Below are positions 12,911 to 25,463 of a stretch of 64,000 bases of DNA, piece by piece. The position numbers and the translations under genes were made by a program. This DNA comes from Antedon mediterranea (Eukaryota > Animalia > Echinodermata), in assembly GCF_964355755.1 (NCBI RefSeq), contig NC_092672.1, forward strand, positions 18,799,237 to 18,863,236, read 5' to 3'. The notes beneath the pieces are model-generated. The model ran no database searches, was not told where the DNA came from, and saw nothing but the letters and a program-made list of their open reading frames with translations. Position 1 is the stretch's first letter. The number at the start of each line of letters is the position of its first letter.

Positions 12911-15900
12911 ATTCATTTCATTCATTCAGGCTTATCGCCTGACTTTATTTACTTTAGGCCTCTGGCCCCTAGTAATTAACAAAATAATAATTTCATTGAA
13001 AAATAAAGCAATTTATGGTCACAAGATAAATGAATTAATTAATTTCGTTCTCTAAGCAAAACATATATCTTAACTTATAAGCATGATAAATATATTTAGA
13101 TAGATTGTCAATAATTATTGGATCCTGTGATGACATTAAACGGCAGAATTTAAAAGTATTTGGATTTTCAAAAAATAAAGAAGGTATAAATTTTTTTCTG
13201 ATTTCCTTGTAACGAGAGCAAATTGGGTTTATTTTAACATCAAATAAGTAGTTCCAAATATTCACTGGTAGATGTCCATATTTCTGATATATTATATTTT
13301 TGAGTGAGAAAAGTGCTTTATTAGCCTGTGTATTATTTTGTTCTCTAGCCTTTTCCCAATTTCCTGAACAATCGAAAGTGACTCCAAGATATTTAAGAGA
13401 TTTTACTATTTCAATTTCTTTACCAAGATAATTCCACTTTTCGTAGTTCTTAAGTTTTCCATTTTTTTAATATACTATTATTCTACTTGTGTCAATGTTA
13501 ACTACCAATCCCCACCTATTACAATAATATGCTAGTTTATTTAAAAGATCTTGTAATGAGTACACTGTATCACTGATTAAAACTAGATCATCTGCATACA
13601 GTAGGTGATTAATATTTATGTTATCAATTTTTATTTTGTTTCGATTTTCAGCAGTATGTAATAACTCAGTTATATCATTAATAAAAATATTAAATAATAA
13701 TGAAGATAAAGGTGACCCTTGTTGTATTCCTACTTCACATTTTAAAGGATTCTCCAATTTTGTTGCCAACCTTTACATGCCCTTTTAATTTACTATACAT
13801 TGTTTTTATAACTTTGATTATTTTACCTTTTATACCAGATTTTCTTAGTTTACTTATAAGGAAATCGTGTCTAATAGAATCGAAAGCGCGTTTTAAATCT
13901 ATAAACGCCATGTACACAGTTCCTCGTTTTTTTTAGAGATATTTGTTAACAATTGTGTCTAAAATAAATATGTTATCAATAGTACGACAATCTTTTCTAA
14001 ACCCTCCCTGTTCTTGATGTAATATTTCATTTTCTTCTGTCCATTTGCTTAATCTATTGCTTATAATGTATAAAAACACCTTGCCTAAAGTGGATATTAA
14101 GGATACGCCTCTATAATTTGCTGGTTGATCTCTTTTGCCCTTTTTAAATATAGGAATAATAATGCTTGTTGCCCATTGTTGTGGAAAATTTCCAGAGGTA
14201 AAAATACTATTAAACATTTTCGTAATTGCGCTAATAGCAGCATTTGGCATACAAGTAAAAAATTCAATTGGGAATCCATCAATACCTGGAGCTTTACCCC
14301 TTTTCTGTGCTTTAATTGCATAAATTACCTCTTCCCGGCTGATTTCTTCATTGTAACAATCATTATGTTCGCAATTGTTATCGTTATCGTCTTCTATATT
14401 GATTTCTTGTATATTATTTGTTTGATTTTGGAACATAGTTTTGAAGTAATCATGCCATTTGTTAAGTGTAATGTTTGTCACGTTTTGTTGTCGTTTGGTT
14501 TTAAGGTTTTTCCAAAATTTTGTACTGTTATGTTCCTTTATTAACCTGATTAATTTTTGTTGGGATGAATTTTTATGTTTATTTTTTTAAAATTTTATTA
14601 ATTTTGTATAACTCCTTTTCTTTAACAGATATTCCTTTAATAGGGTGTTAGTTTTGTATTTTCTATATTTATTAAGAATGCTACGAATAATAATTTTTTT
14701 TTTATGCATTGACGATCAAACCATGTATTCTTGGGCAATTTTGTGCATTTTTTTGGTATTTGTGTTTGTTTTTTTGTATTTATGTAAACATATTCTAAAG
14801 TTCTATAAAGGTTAATTAGGGCTTCATCAATATCCCTTTTTTCAACATTTGCATTAATATCATCAAGAAATTTGAAAATTTGTTCATCATTCCATTTGTC
14901 CTTGGCTTTATTCACCTTTGTTTCGGACCATTGAAATGTTTCATGTGTTTTCCATATTTCTTTTTTTTAAATCGTTCGTAATTTCTTTTTTGTTTTGTTC
15001 AGTCTCTAATAAAATTTCAAAATGTAAAGGCATATGGTCGGATTCTATCCTAATATCCACTTTTGGTCTTATTATTTTATCAAAATTAACTGGAAAAGTA
15101 ATAATATAATCAACAACACTTTTGCCAAAATTTCCTAAAAAAGTAAAGCACCTACTAAATTCCCTATTTATCCTACCATTTACTATTCTCATCCCTGTTT
15201 CTTTACAATGACTTAATAAATTAGTTCCATATTCATTGACTATTTGATCTTCATTACTTCTAACACCTATATTACTATCTATTTCATTTTCTTCTTTATA
15301 TATATCATTATCCCAATTGGGTGGACATTCATCTTCTGTAATAAAATCATTCATTATACCTGTTCTTCCATTAAAATCTCCCATTACATATATATTATTT
15401 CCAAACTTTTTTTTGTAATTCGTTAGGTCATTTGAAATAGTTCCAACAAAATCTTGATTATTCATAGCATGTGTTGAATTAACTGGTGGTCTATAAACCA
15501 CTGCTAAGGCGATGTTTTCAGAATTATGCTTGATAGATAACCAACATATATAATTTGATGTACTGGGAAGTTCTTTAACGTATAAATTTGTTTTATAATA
15601 AATAATAATACCGCCACTCATTCTACCTCCTGCTTTATGTCTTATGGGCAATTTACTAATACAGTCATATCCTTCTATATAACAATTTTCTACAGGTCCC
15701 GTCCATGTTTCTACTAAACATACAATATCATATTTTTTAATATAGTTCACAAAATCAGAGTCGTTTATTTTATTCTGTAAACCGTTCACATTCCAAGTTA
15801 TGATCTGTAATGAAGTGCGTTTATTTGTTCTCCTATCGCTAGGGCCTTGGCCATACCCCTATAGTTTAACCAATTCCTCCTTTTCAATATTGTAGGTAAA

Positions 15901-16586
15901 AGCCTCTCCTTTGATGATCAGTTTATCATATCTTAAACGAAATCTTTTCTTGTTTTCTATAGCTTCTTTGATTTTTGGTTGTAGTTTATTTCTGATGGTT
16001 CTCACTCTTCTGGTATTTTGTTGTAATAATCTACTCTCTTTTTCCTTGTAGTTTTTAAATTTTGCTATAATGGGTCTGGGGTTTGTTTTCGTATTGATTC
16101 TATGGGCCCTTTCTATTGCGATGCTTTCTCCATTAAGTCCAAGCTTGTCTGTTATAAAGTTTCTTACCTTCTGTTCGCTTATTTCCCACGTTTCCTTTTC
16201 CTCCTCTGTAAAGCCGTAGAAAACTAAGTTGTTGCTTCAATGATGTCCATTTGCTTTTGTAAATATATGTTGTCGGCTCTGATTTGTTTATTTTCTTCTT
16301 CAATATCTTTCAATCGTTGATTTACAGAGTCTATTTTCCTGTTCAAATTGTCAATTTTGTTTGAGACTTCAATTGTATTTTTAGCTATACTTTGTTGTGT
16401 TTCTTCGTTCATATCGTGCATTTGTTTAAGAATGTCTTTTAATGTAGGCTCTCTGGCTATCTCGTCTAAAGTTGACTGCCGAGTTTGAGTACCACCGGTA
16501 GGCCTAGGCCCTGGGTTAGACTCTATGTCTCCTGCTAAAATAAGTAATGTTATTGCACAAGAGATGGCTACCCTTAGCGCGCAGCT
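12911..16586 (-). mobile_element. Nested LINE (ORF1 + APE-RT ORF2; CR1/L2/RTEX-type group, clade not resolved)
   Basis: 6-bp TSD AAAATC (12905-12910, 16587-16592) and a (GAAT)n-like 3' tail. ORF1 ~15850-16586 has a coiled coil and RAHR..PRPIIAKF. APE ORF 14941-15789; RT ORFs 13933-14481, 13735-13917 and 13467-13769 (LLYADD). Frameshifted. Confidence 0.9.
16506..16570 (-). other. 2A-like (StopGo) ribosome-skipping peptide at the N-terminus of LINE ORF1
   Basis: Translation AITLLILAGDIESNPGP matches the D(V/I)ExNPGP consensus with an upstream hydrophobic stretch. Confidence 0.85.
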
Positions 16587-17917
16587 AAAATCTATCATGA
16601 TCTTGTTGATGTCTTCATACAATTCCTCTACCACTGCATCATCATAATCACTTGTGGGAGCATAAACTTGTATGATGTCAGTTGTACTATCATGTAAGCT
16701 AACTTCTTTGACATAGTCCTCATATTTCGTATGAATCAGGAATCCAATTCCTTTTGCATTTTTGTCCTGTTCTGTTTTGCTCCTGTTGTAAAGCCATACA
16801 CCTCCCTCAAGTTCAGTTAATCCTTCACCATGTATCTTGGTTTCTGCTAGCCCAATGACATCCCATTTGAATCCATCTAGTTCTTCTTATAGGCTTTCGA
16901 TATTTTTCTCGTTTCTCAAAGTTCTGACATTATAAGTGTATATATTGATTTCAGTTTTCCCGTTGTGACCAGATTTATTACATTCATCCATTGCACAGCT
17001 TCCCGAAGGCTTTGACTGCAAAACATCATACGAAGAAGAAGCTCCTTCAATGCTTTTACTGGTCGAATTGCAACTAATGTTGCGCCCGTTATGAAAACCC
17101 TCAACTGTGTGTGGACTATGAATAATTGAAACGTATTGGCTTGCCCCCATCTGAGAGTATTAATTTAGACACAATGAATTCGTCAAAATCTCAATGCTTG
17201 CCTCCTTCTACTGATACTGTTGGACTTTCAATTATCGAAGCGGCAGACTCTGTATTCTCTTCAAACATGCATCTGCTGAAACAGTTAAGGCTCTCTGAGC
17301 TTAATTATACAAACATAATTGATATCTACTATCTTGCCTTACCCGTCTTATTTCGATAAAACAGAAATCACGAATCATGCTTTAGCTGTCCATAACAAAT
17401 TAAACAAGTTCAAGCAATCTCGTATTAGTGATCTAGAGGAGGTTCAATCTATATCAATTTCGCAAAGTATTCTTGATTCGGTACAAAGAATAAGACACGA
17501 GGGTAGGCCTATCCCTACGAATCTTACTAAACCGTCTACGCCAAAATCGTCACCTAGCACTAAGTCTCATCAAACGAAATTTGACACTCTAGTTATTGGC
17601 GATTCAATGATACGGGACCTGAATGAGAATGGCCTCTCACGCACTAAAGTACAATGTTTACGGGGTGCAGAAATACATAAAGTCTATGAAACCATTGTCA
17701 ACCTTGACGTACGTGAATACAATACCATCATAACTCATGTTGGAACTAACAGTTGCACCACAGACCTTAAACAGCAAGCAGCAGAGAAGGATCTATGGGA
17801 TTTAATAGAAAGCATCCATAAAGGATGGAGAGACACACCTTACCGGTGACAGCGTTTTGTTTAATGCTTTTGTCTTTCCTCGGCCTCGTGTCTTGTATTT
17901 CATATATATATATATAT

Positions 17918-17954
17918 GCACTGATGAAGGGCTAGTGTTGCCCGAAAGCTCTGC
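17918..17954 (+). ncRNA. Minimal type I hammerhead ribozyme motif
   Basis: GCA-CTGATGA-A-GGGC-TAGTGTT-GCCC-GAAA-GC-TC-TGC: intact core, stem II, palindromic stem III (AGCT) and stem I GCA/TGC. Confidence 0.8.
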
Positions 17955-18082
17955 TAACTTTTCTGGCTGTTTACTTTATCGTTTTGATTTAGCTTTTCGC
18001 TTTTTATTTTTGTATCTCCATTGAGATCCAGCCACTGATACCCACAGCATTGTCATTTTTTTCAGTAATTTGCCTTTGGATT

Positions 18083-18362
<280 letters not shown>

Positions 18363-18380
18363 CAATTTTATTACAATTCT

Positions 18381-18422
18381 TTTCACCTGATGATGGGCTA
18401 TGCCCGAAACATGTCGTTAAAA
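18381..18422 (+). ncRNA. Minimal type I hammerhead ribozyme motif
   Basis: TTTCAC-CTGATGA-T-GGGC-TAT-GCCC-GAAA-CATG-TC-GTTAAA: intact core, palindromic stem III (ACATGT), stem I with one mismatch. Confidence 0.8.
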
Positions 18423-18495
18423 TAAATCTATATTGAGGCAGTTTTAACTTATTTGATCTTGATTTTTTTCTATATCCTGCCTATGCAGCTCTTTG

Positions 18496-18609
<114 letters not shown>

Positions 18610-18761
18610 CAATGATGTTGCGTAGCACTGTGTAAATTATATATAAATCATACTGTAAATTATAGAAACAGTGCTCATATTCGGAACATGATCTCATAAT
18701 CGCGTCGAGCATAGCTCATTAGCGAAAGTTCCGTATTTTTTAGTTGTATGAAAAAATGTGT

Positions 18762-18833
18762 GGCTCTGTGGTCTAGTGGTATGATACTCGCCCTGTAAGC
18801 GAGAGGTTGCAGGTTCGAATTCCGCCAGAGACA
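18762..18833 (+). tRNA. tRNA-like gene / tRNA-derived SINE head (Pro-like body, TGT at the anticodon position); probably pseudo
   Basis: 72-nt cloverleaf with A box TGGTCTAGTGG, anticodon stem CTCGC/GCGAG and B box GGTTCGAATTCC, followed by T6. Mismatches in the acceptor and T stems, and C at position 33. Confidence 0.7.
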
Positions 18834-20015
18834 TTTTTTCTAATTCTAATTTTTTGTAATTATTATTTTATGTTTATTGCCGAAATGAATAAAATAAAAA
18901 TAAATAAATAAACGTTCTCCTGATACCAAAATCGTTTTGTCAAGTGTATTTCCAAGGAGTGATAACATTTGCAACCAAGAACGAATTGCGAGAATGAACT
19001 CTTTCATACGTGATATAGCCGTTCTCAAAGGGTGTGCTCTGGTTGATCACGATAAGAACTTCATGAATAATGGCATTGCAGAGACCTCCCTGCTGAACTC
19101 TGAAGGACTTCATCTTAATAAACTCGGCACACGACAACTTTTAAGGAATATCAACGCCGTGCACACAATTGTCAAACAGAACGAACGTATACAGAGGAGG
19201 AACAGTAGCAACCACAAGAGACATCCAGCACCACACGCTCCATCGCCAATGAAACGACATTCACTAGGACGCACCTCTAGTAGATGGCAGTATCAACCTC
19301 CGCTTATCACTCGGCACTCTAGATGCCAAAAATGCGGCCTACAAAACCACGAAACTAATGACTGCCACCATCATAATCCAGTGAGATGTAATGATTGTCA
19401 TGAATTCGGAAATAAAGCCTTCAATGGTTCGCGACCTTTTTTTGTGCCAAATGACATTAGATAATTCGCTTAGTAGCCAACGAAATCTGAGTCAGATTAC
19501 ATTTGACAATTCGCATAGCCAACAAGGATGGAGGCGATACCAACTATTTAAGCCCTACATTTTCAAAAGATCTTAATTTTGTCAAAGATACTAATTATAC
19601 TACTAGGTCTACAAGTTTAGATAACGAATATGAAACTATTACTACTGATTTACCAACTCAACACATTTCTGTTGCAAACACAACATTTAAACGTCACAGA
19701 CGCGGACATGGCAATTAGGCCAAGGCGCAAAGTATCATGCGACCAAAATGTAAGCATAAATATTGCGTTTAATAATGTTAATAGACTGCGTCCTAAATTG
19801 CATGACATTTCAAAGTTTTTACACGATTGTAATATACATGTTTTTAGCGTGGCAGAAACATTTCTAAAGGGAAATGTAAATAATTGATTATGTCAACGGA
19901 TTTCGTTGAATTGGTAAAAGTAGGAAAATTAAAGGAGGTGGTGGTATTGGTGCATTCATCTCTGATTGTATAACTGTTCTTGATGATGATGTTTTTAATT
20001 CAATGTCTGATGATT

Positions 20016-20349
20016 GAAAATGTTCATCTGGTTTGTAGGTATGAATATATTGAAATTATTCTTTTTTCCAAACCAATAATTAGTAAAAACTAACCTTGAC
20101 AGTTTCGCTGTCCGGACAGCTTCTTCAGAAATAATGACGATCTATCATCAAACAGACTGACCTCTAGAGGGCCTATTCTGTTTAATGACAGGGTCATACA
20201 CGTGACTGAGTTGGTGGGTGCCCTCGTCTCTGTTGATGATTTGGTTTCCTCGTCTGCGGATCCAGATGGCTTCTCTGATGCGTCGGTTGTTTGTATCTGG
20301 TTCCCTGTCGATGATTTTAGGTTGTGTCCAGTCTATTATGTGATTTAAC
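20016..20349 (-). mobile_element. Penelope-type pLTR fragment with hammerhead, inserted in LINE ORF2
   Basis: Flanked by TGTCTGATGATT / TGTCTGATGTTT (12 bp, 1 mismatch). The minus strand at ~20092-20132 reads CTGAAGA-A-GCTGTCCGGACAGC-GAAA-CTGTC. Confidence 0.7.
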
Positions 20350-23300
20350 TGTCTGATGTTTATGAAAGGTTTTGGTTAAAATTATGCTACAAGGGTAACC
20401 AAAACGAAACGTTATTCGTTGCTGTTGCATATTTCCCTGTTGAAGGTTCTGACAGTAATCTGACGAATTATACAACCAGCTTCTTTTACGTATTGAAGAT
20501 GATAATACTGATCCCAAAATTATTGTGATGTCGGATATGAATGCCAGAATCGGTAGGGAAATATCCAACGGTGATCCTGTTTTAAACTCTAATGGTGTAC
20601 GGCTATTGAATTTTCGTGATAATTCAAACTTAGCTATTTTAAATTGTAGTGATCATTGGGGAAATTTACATGGTTCAGGAATAACTTGCAAAGTACAATT
20701 GATTACATGTTATGCTCTAATAGTGTATTCAATTGTGTAAATGAATTTATTATTGATGACGACAGGGTGATGGGTCTTGGAGGAGTGACCACAATGTCCT
20801 TCTCCTTAAATTATATATTAATAATAACTATCATAAAAATATTAATTATCAAAATAGCAAAATATGTTGGAATATCCAAAGGAATCAAGACTTTTCTTTG
20901 TTTAAGCAACAAAATCGGATATTATTTCGCGAATGGGATGCAGATTCCTTTAATGATGTTAATTGTCTATGGGATTCATGGAAAAATAACCTTATATTGG
21001 CCGCGACAAAGGGTATAGGAATTAGGAATAAGAAAAATAATGTTAACATTAAATGCAACTCTTGGTTTGATAAAAATGTCGATGCGGCTATTAAAGATAG
21101 AAGGGAAGCATCGCATCTTCATCGTAGATGGGCCAAGGGTCTCGACCCCAATAACAATGGTGATGATTTATGGAAATCTTACCAAGAGAAACGGTCTTAT
21201 GCTAAAGAACTGATTAAAACTAAAATAACTGAAATGCGTGTGAATAAGTCTATTGAATTGGCAAACAAAGGTGGACGTAACTGTAGCGATTTTTGGAAAC
21301 TGTTAAAAGGCAGTAATCGCAACCAGCGTGTTAGTTGTATCAAAAGACCAGATTCTAGTGAAATAGTCTCCGACGAAAAGGAAATGAACCAAATAGCCCT
21401 TGATTACTGGAAAACATTAGGTAAAACTAATTTGGCCGAAATTGATGAACGAACTAAACAAATTAATACCTTTATTAATAACATTAGAACCACAAAAAAA
21501 TGCCCACGACGACAATGATGAATTTCTCTCAGATGTTGAATTGAATTTAGATATTGTTGAAACCGCAATTTTAAGGTCAAAGAACAATAAATCACCTGGA
21601 ATAGACACGATCACTAATGAAATGTTAAAAAATGGTGGTAAATGTTTGAATATGTCAATTCTTTCTTTTTTAAATAGAATAATTGCTTTAGAAAAAGTTC
21701 CAAATGACTGGAATAAAAGTATTATTGTACACGTTCATAAAAAAGGGGACCGCAGGGATCTTAATAACTTACTCCATGTATCTCGAAAATATTTAACCGA
21801 ATCATTTCAAACAATATTTCTGACTTTCTGGAAGATAAAAATGTGTTGTCAGAAGTACAGGGAGGGTTTAGACCTTCGCGACGATGTGAGAATAACATAT
21901 TTACCCTCAAAAGCATAGCTTCCTGTCGTCTGCTTGAAGGGAAAAAAACCTTCATGGCCTTCTTAGATTTAAAAAAAGCATTCGATACAGTTTGGAGGGA
22001 AGGAATGCTAATGGCAGCATGGAATATTGGGATTAGAGGTAGGCTATGGAAATTAATCGATAGTTTATATCACGATGTGCAAGGTAAAGTAAGATTTGGT
22101 AAAATAGACACTAAATTCTTTACTATCGATGGAGGAGTTAAACAGGGATGTGTCTTATCACCGACTTTGTTTTGTATTCTTATGCACGAGTTTACCAAAT
22201 TACTCAAAAAACATGATCTAGGTGTTCGTATTTATAATGTATGTATGGGTAGCATTTTTTGGGCAGACGACGTTGTACTTATGGCAAACAATGAAAATGA
22301 TCTGAGTGAGATGCTCAATCTAGCATCTGAATTTGCAAAGTCATGGAAATTAAATTTTAATCATGAAAAGTCGAAGGTCCTTATTATTGGACAGCGCATA
22401 AACAATAAGATGTGGAAATTGGGCGATACAATATATTTCTGAGGTTGAAACCTATAAATATCTTGGTACTTACATATCAAGAAATATTTCAGATCATTTT
22501 CACATCGACCAAATCATCAATAAAGGCAATAGAGTCATTGCTTATATTAAGTCAATTATAGACCGATTTGATAATTTTAGTAGAATTTTCTATGGTGACA
22601 TTCTATGGAAAACAATTGCTCTGCCTACAATAAATTATGCTTGTTCAGTGTGGGTCAGCCAAAGCAGGAAAGATATTTATAAAATTGAGTCACTTCATTT
22701 ACAAATGGCGCGGTACATCTTAAAAGCTAGTAGAAATACACCTAAAGAGGCCTTGTATGGGGATTTAGGGTGGGTTCCAATTAAAGTTATTCAAGATATA
22801 TCTAGAGCCAAATTTATTAATCATGTAATGAACATGGATAAACACCGTTGGCCTAACTTTATGCTTAATACGTGTCTAAGTTCAACTACAAATGTAGAAC
22901 CACGCTATAAACTGATTCCCAGTTTTGCTAAGACGTGTGCGTCTATTAATATGGACATCGACTCAATTTTCGAAACTTCCTACCTTGGCAATGACTCTGA
23001 TAGTCATTGGGTTAAGAGATTTAAAGAGTTGATGCATGACACAAACATTGCATTTTTGGAAAAATGAAATGCTAAGAAAATCGTCACTCCAGACATACTC
23101 TCTTATTAAGTCTAATCCGTGCCTTGAAAAATATTTATTGGATTGTACAGACTTTCTATGATCTAGCTTCAAATTCAAACTACGTTCTAACACCTTTCCT
23201 TTAGGTCACAGGAGTTGTAAGTGGCTTCCTGAATATGATGGTATCTGTAAAATGTGTAAGAATGGTTTAGAAGACATTCAATATTTTCTATTCACATGTA

Positions 23301-24041
23301 ACCAACTCAATGGCATAAGGATTGAAGAATATACCAAATTAGAATATATGTTAATCGATATCAATCATTTAGATGTATGGGAAAATTTTATCTCTGGTGA
23401 CCTGAACACCAAAGATTACAAATTATAGAACAATGATCGGAAATGGCAGGTGTGACACTAATCACACTGATACATTTCTAGAAATAATAAGGTCAATACA
23501 ATTACCAAAAACATGTGTAGGTTCATTAACCAGGGTGGTTTCTCTACTCTGTGATGTTGTATTTTAATATCACTGATTCATGGTGTTTATCGACAGCTAC
23601 GGCTGCCTCTTCTGCATTTGCATGCTTTTGCAATGCATTTGCAATTTCACAAAGAGAGATATTTCTATCTTTCTCTCTCACTTATCTTCTTGTTCTCGCC
23701 ACCGCTTCATATATGCAGATCTCAATTTTTGCGTTTCTCCGTTATTGTCAAATGTTTGCATTGATAGCAGCCAATTTATTTTTAATTTAAATGATTACAC
23801 ATACATTGGGATGAAAACTTAACCTTTTAAGCAGATTTAGCAAAAACGATGAAGTACAGCATACAAATAACTGAAAACTATATTCATACAAAGCAATCAC
23901 GCATAACGTTTATATCCTAATAAATATAGTATCGATCGTCCACACAGATCGATAATTGTTGGTGTTATCAGTAAATAAATTCGCATTATGCAGTCATTCA
24001 TTATTTTCCGTTCCCAATGTTTGTTTTAGATAAAAACTAAA

Positions 24042-25463
24042 ATGTTTACAAGACACAAACGTTATTTTATACACGTGGAGATCGCTGTATTTGTTTGTTT
24101 TGTTATTAATTCCTTAGCAACTCGCATTTCTCAACATCCTGTCGATGTGACGGTCAGAGAGGGTGACAAAGTGGAGCTATCATGTAAGATTCGACGATTA
24201 AGAGAGAACCAGGAAGTCTGGTGGTACAAGAATACTTCGGAACTGAGTCATGGAAGAGTTATTTTGCAAGACCCGGTAGATTCTCGTTATACTGTTACTT
24301 CTTTTCCAGATGGCCTTACTTCTATCTATGTTTTACAAATCTATCCAACTACTCGATCCGATAATGGAGTTTATACTTGCAAAATAGTTTCTGATGCAGA
24401 TATTGTTCTGGAGTCTGAAAACGCTTCTGTTATAATTTTGGAAGTTCCACGGCAACGTTACCCCGAATGCAGAGCAGAACAAGACACATTCATAGTCAAT
24501 GACTTGGTTTCGCTAAATTGTAGCACAGAAATAATTCAACCGACTGTAAGTCTGTCCTGGAGCCTAGACAATACTATTGTTGATAGTGAAATATATATTA
24601 CTGATAAAATAAAAACAATTCAGTACAAATTTCGTGCTATGAAAACCGACAACCGTAAATCTTTTCTGTGTGTATTGAAATCGGATATGTTAATGTATTC
24701 CAGGAATTGCTCTATTGGTCCCGTTAACATGCTATACAAACCAACTGTAAAAATACACAGTACGTCTAATACAGTTATCGCGGGACGTGAGGTTTTTATA
24801 GCATGTAATAGTGACGCCAATCCGCTTGTTAGAGAATATAAATGGAAAATATCACCAGATATGCCGCATAAGTATGTTCATATTGATAAGGAGTCTACAC
24901 AGGTTCTAAGAATTGTAAATATATCAACTGATCAAAACAATACAATTGTTTCTTGTACAGCAGAAAATGAAGTTGGAAGTGGATTTGATCAGGTTAAGCT
25001 TTTTGTCGAAGGCAAAGAACAAGTGAAAGAATCACACCCTGAAAATTTACCAGAAAATGTATCATCTGTTGGAATAAGCCTACCATTACCGATACTTATT
25101 GCATGTGCTATCACAAGCATTGTTCTTATCCTTATAACTGTTATTGTACCATTATATTTTCTGTGTATATGTAAAAAAGGGAGGAAAACAGAAGCTGAAT
25201 TAAATGTTCCTATCAATATAACTGAAATGCAAGAAATATTACAACCTGATTATTATTTCGAACCACGTGATCGAGTTCTTCCTAGAGTACCAGATAATGA
25301 CAGACAGTTCACTTGGAAAAAACATATTGGTGTTCAAGTTCCTGATGATAATTATGATATAGCTTCTACTTTCTATATGTATTTGACGCTGAATGAACCT
25401 AAGCGTTCAAGGCATATTGAACATTATCGGCACTATCATACATTAAATCCTATGCGCTTTTAA
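24042..25463 (+). CDS. Ig-superfamily type I membrane receptor, 473 aa (signal, V/I-set, C2-like, Ig, TM, Tyr-containing tail); divergent paralogue
   Basis: Uninterrupted ORF. Ig motifs LSC..WWYK..DNGVYTC, LNC..LSW..FLC and IAC..YKW..VSCTAEN. TM LPLPILIACAITSIVLILITVIVPLYFLCIC. A pyrimidine tract plus AG just upstream of the ATG suggests a 5' UTR intron. Confidence 0.9.
   Translation: MFTRHKRYFIHVEIAVFVCFVINSLATRISQHPVDVTVREGDKVELSCKIRRLRENQEVWWYKNTSELSHGRVILQDPVDSRYTVTSFPDGLTSIYVLQIYPTTRSDNGVYTCKIVSDADIVLESENASVIILEVPRQRYPECRAEQDTFIVNDLVSLNCSTEIIQPTVSLSWSLDNTIVDSEIYITDKIKTIQYKFRAMKTDNRKSFLCVLKSDMLMYSRNCSIGPVNMLYKPTVKIHSTSNTVIAGREVFIACNSDANPLVREYKWKISPDMPHKYVHIDKESTQVLRIVNISTDQNNTIVSCTAENEVGSGFDQVKLFVEGKEQVKESHPENLPENVSSVGISLPLPILIACAITSIVLILITVIVPLYFLCICKKGRKTEAELNVPINITEMQEILQPDYYFEPRDRVLPRVPDNDRQFTWKKHIGVQVPDDNYDIASTFYMYLTLNEPKRSRHIEHYRHYHTLNPMRF

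Larger units (their letters stand above)
10700..17150 (-). mobile_element. RTE-clade LINE, decayed, split by a nested LINE at 12911-16586
   Basis: APE motifs IYTYNVRTL, VIGLAET, MGDFNAKIG and QIDYIL. RT NYRPISLLSHLYKIF..QAGFRAG. RTE-type C-terminus TTQRAMERKM..WTYRLTEWQPR. The reading INKIMIDF|PSTYTILMGDF is restored when the insert is removed. Confidence 0.9.
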
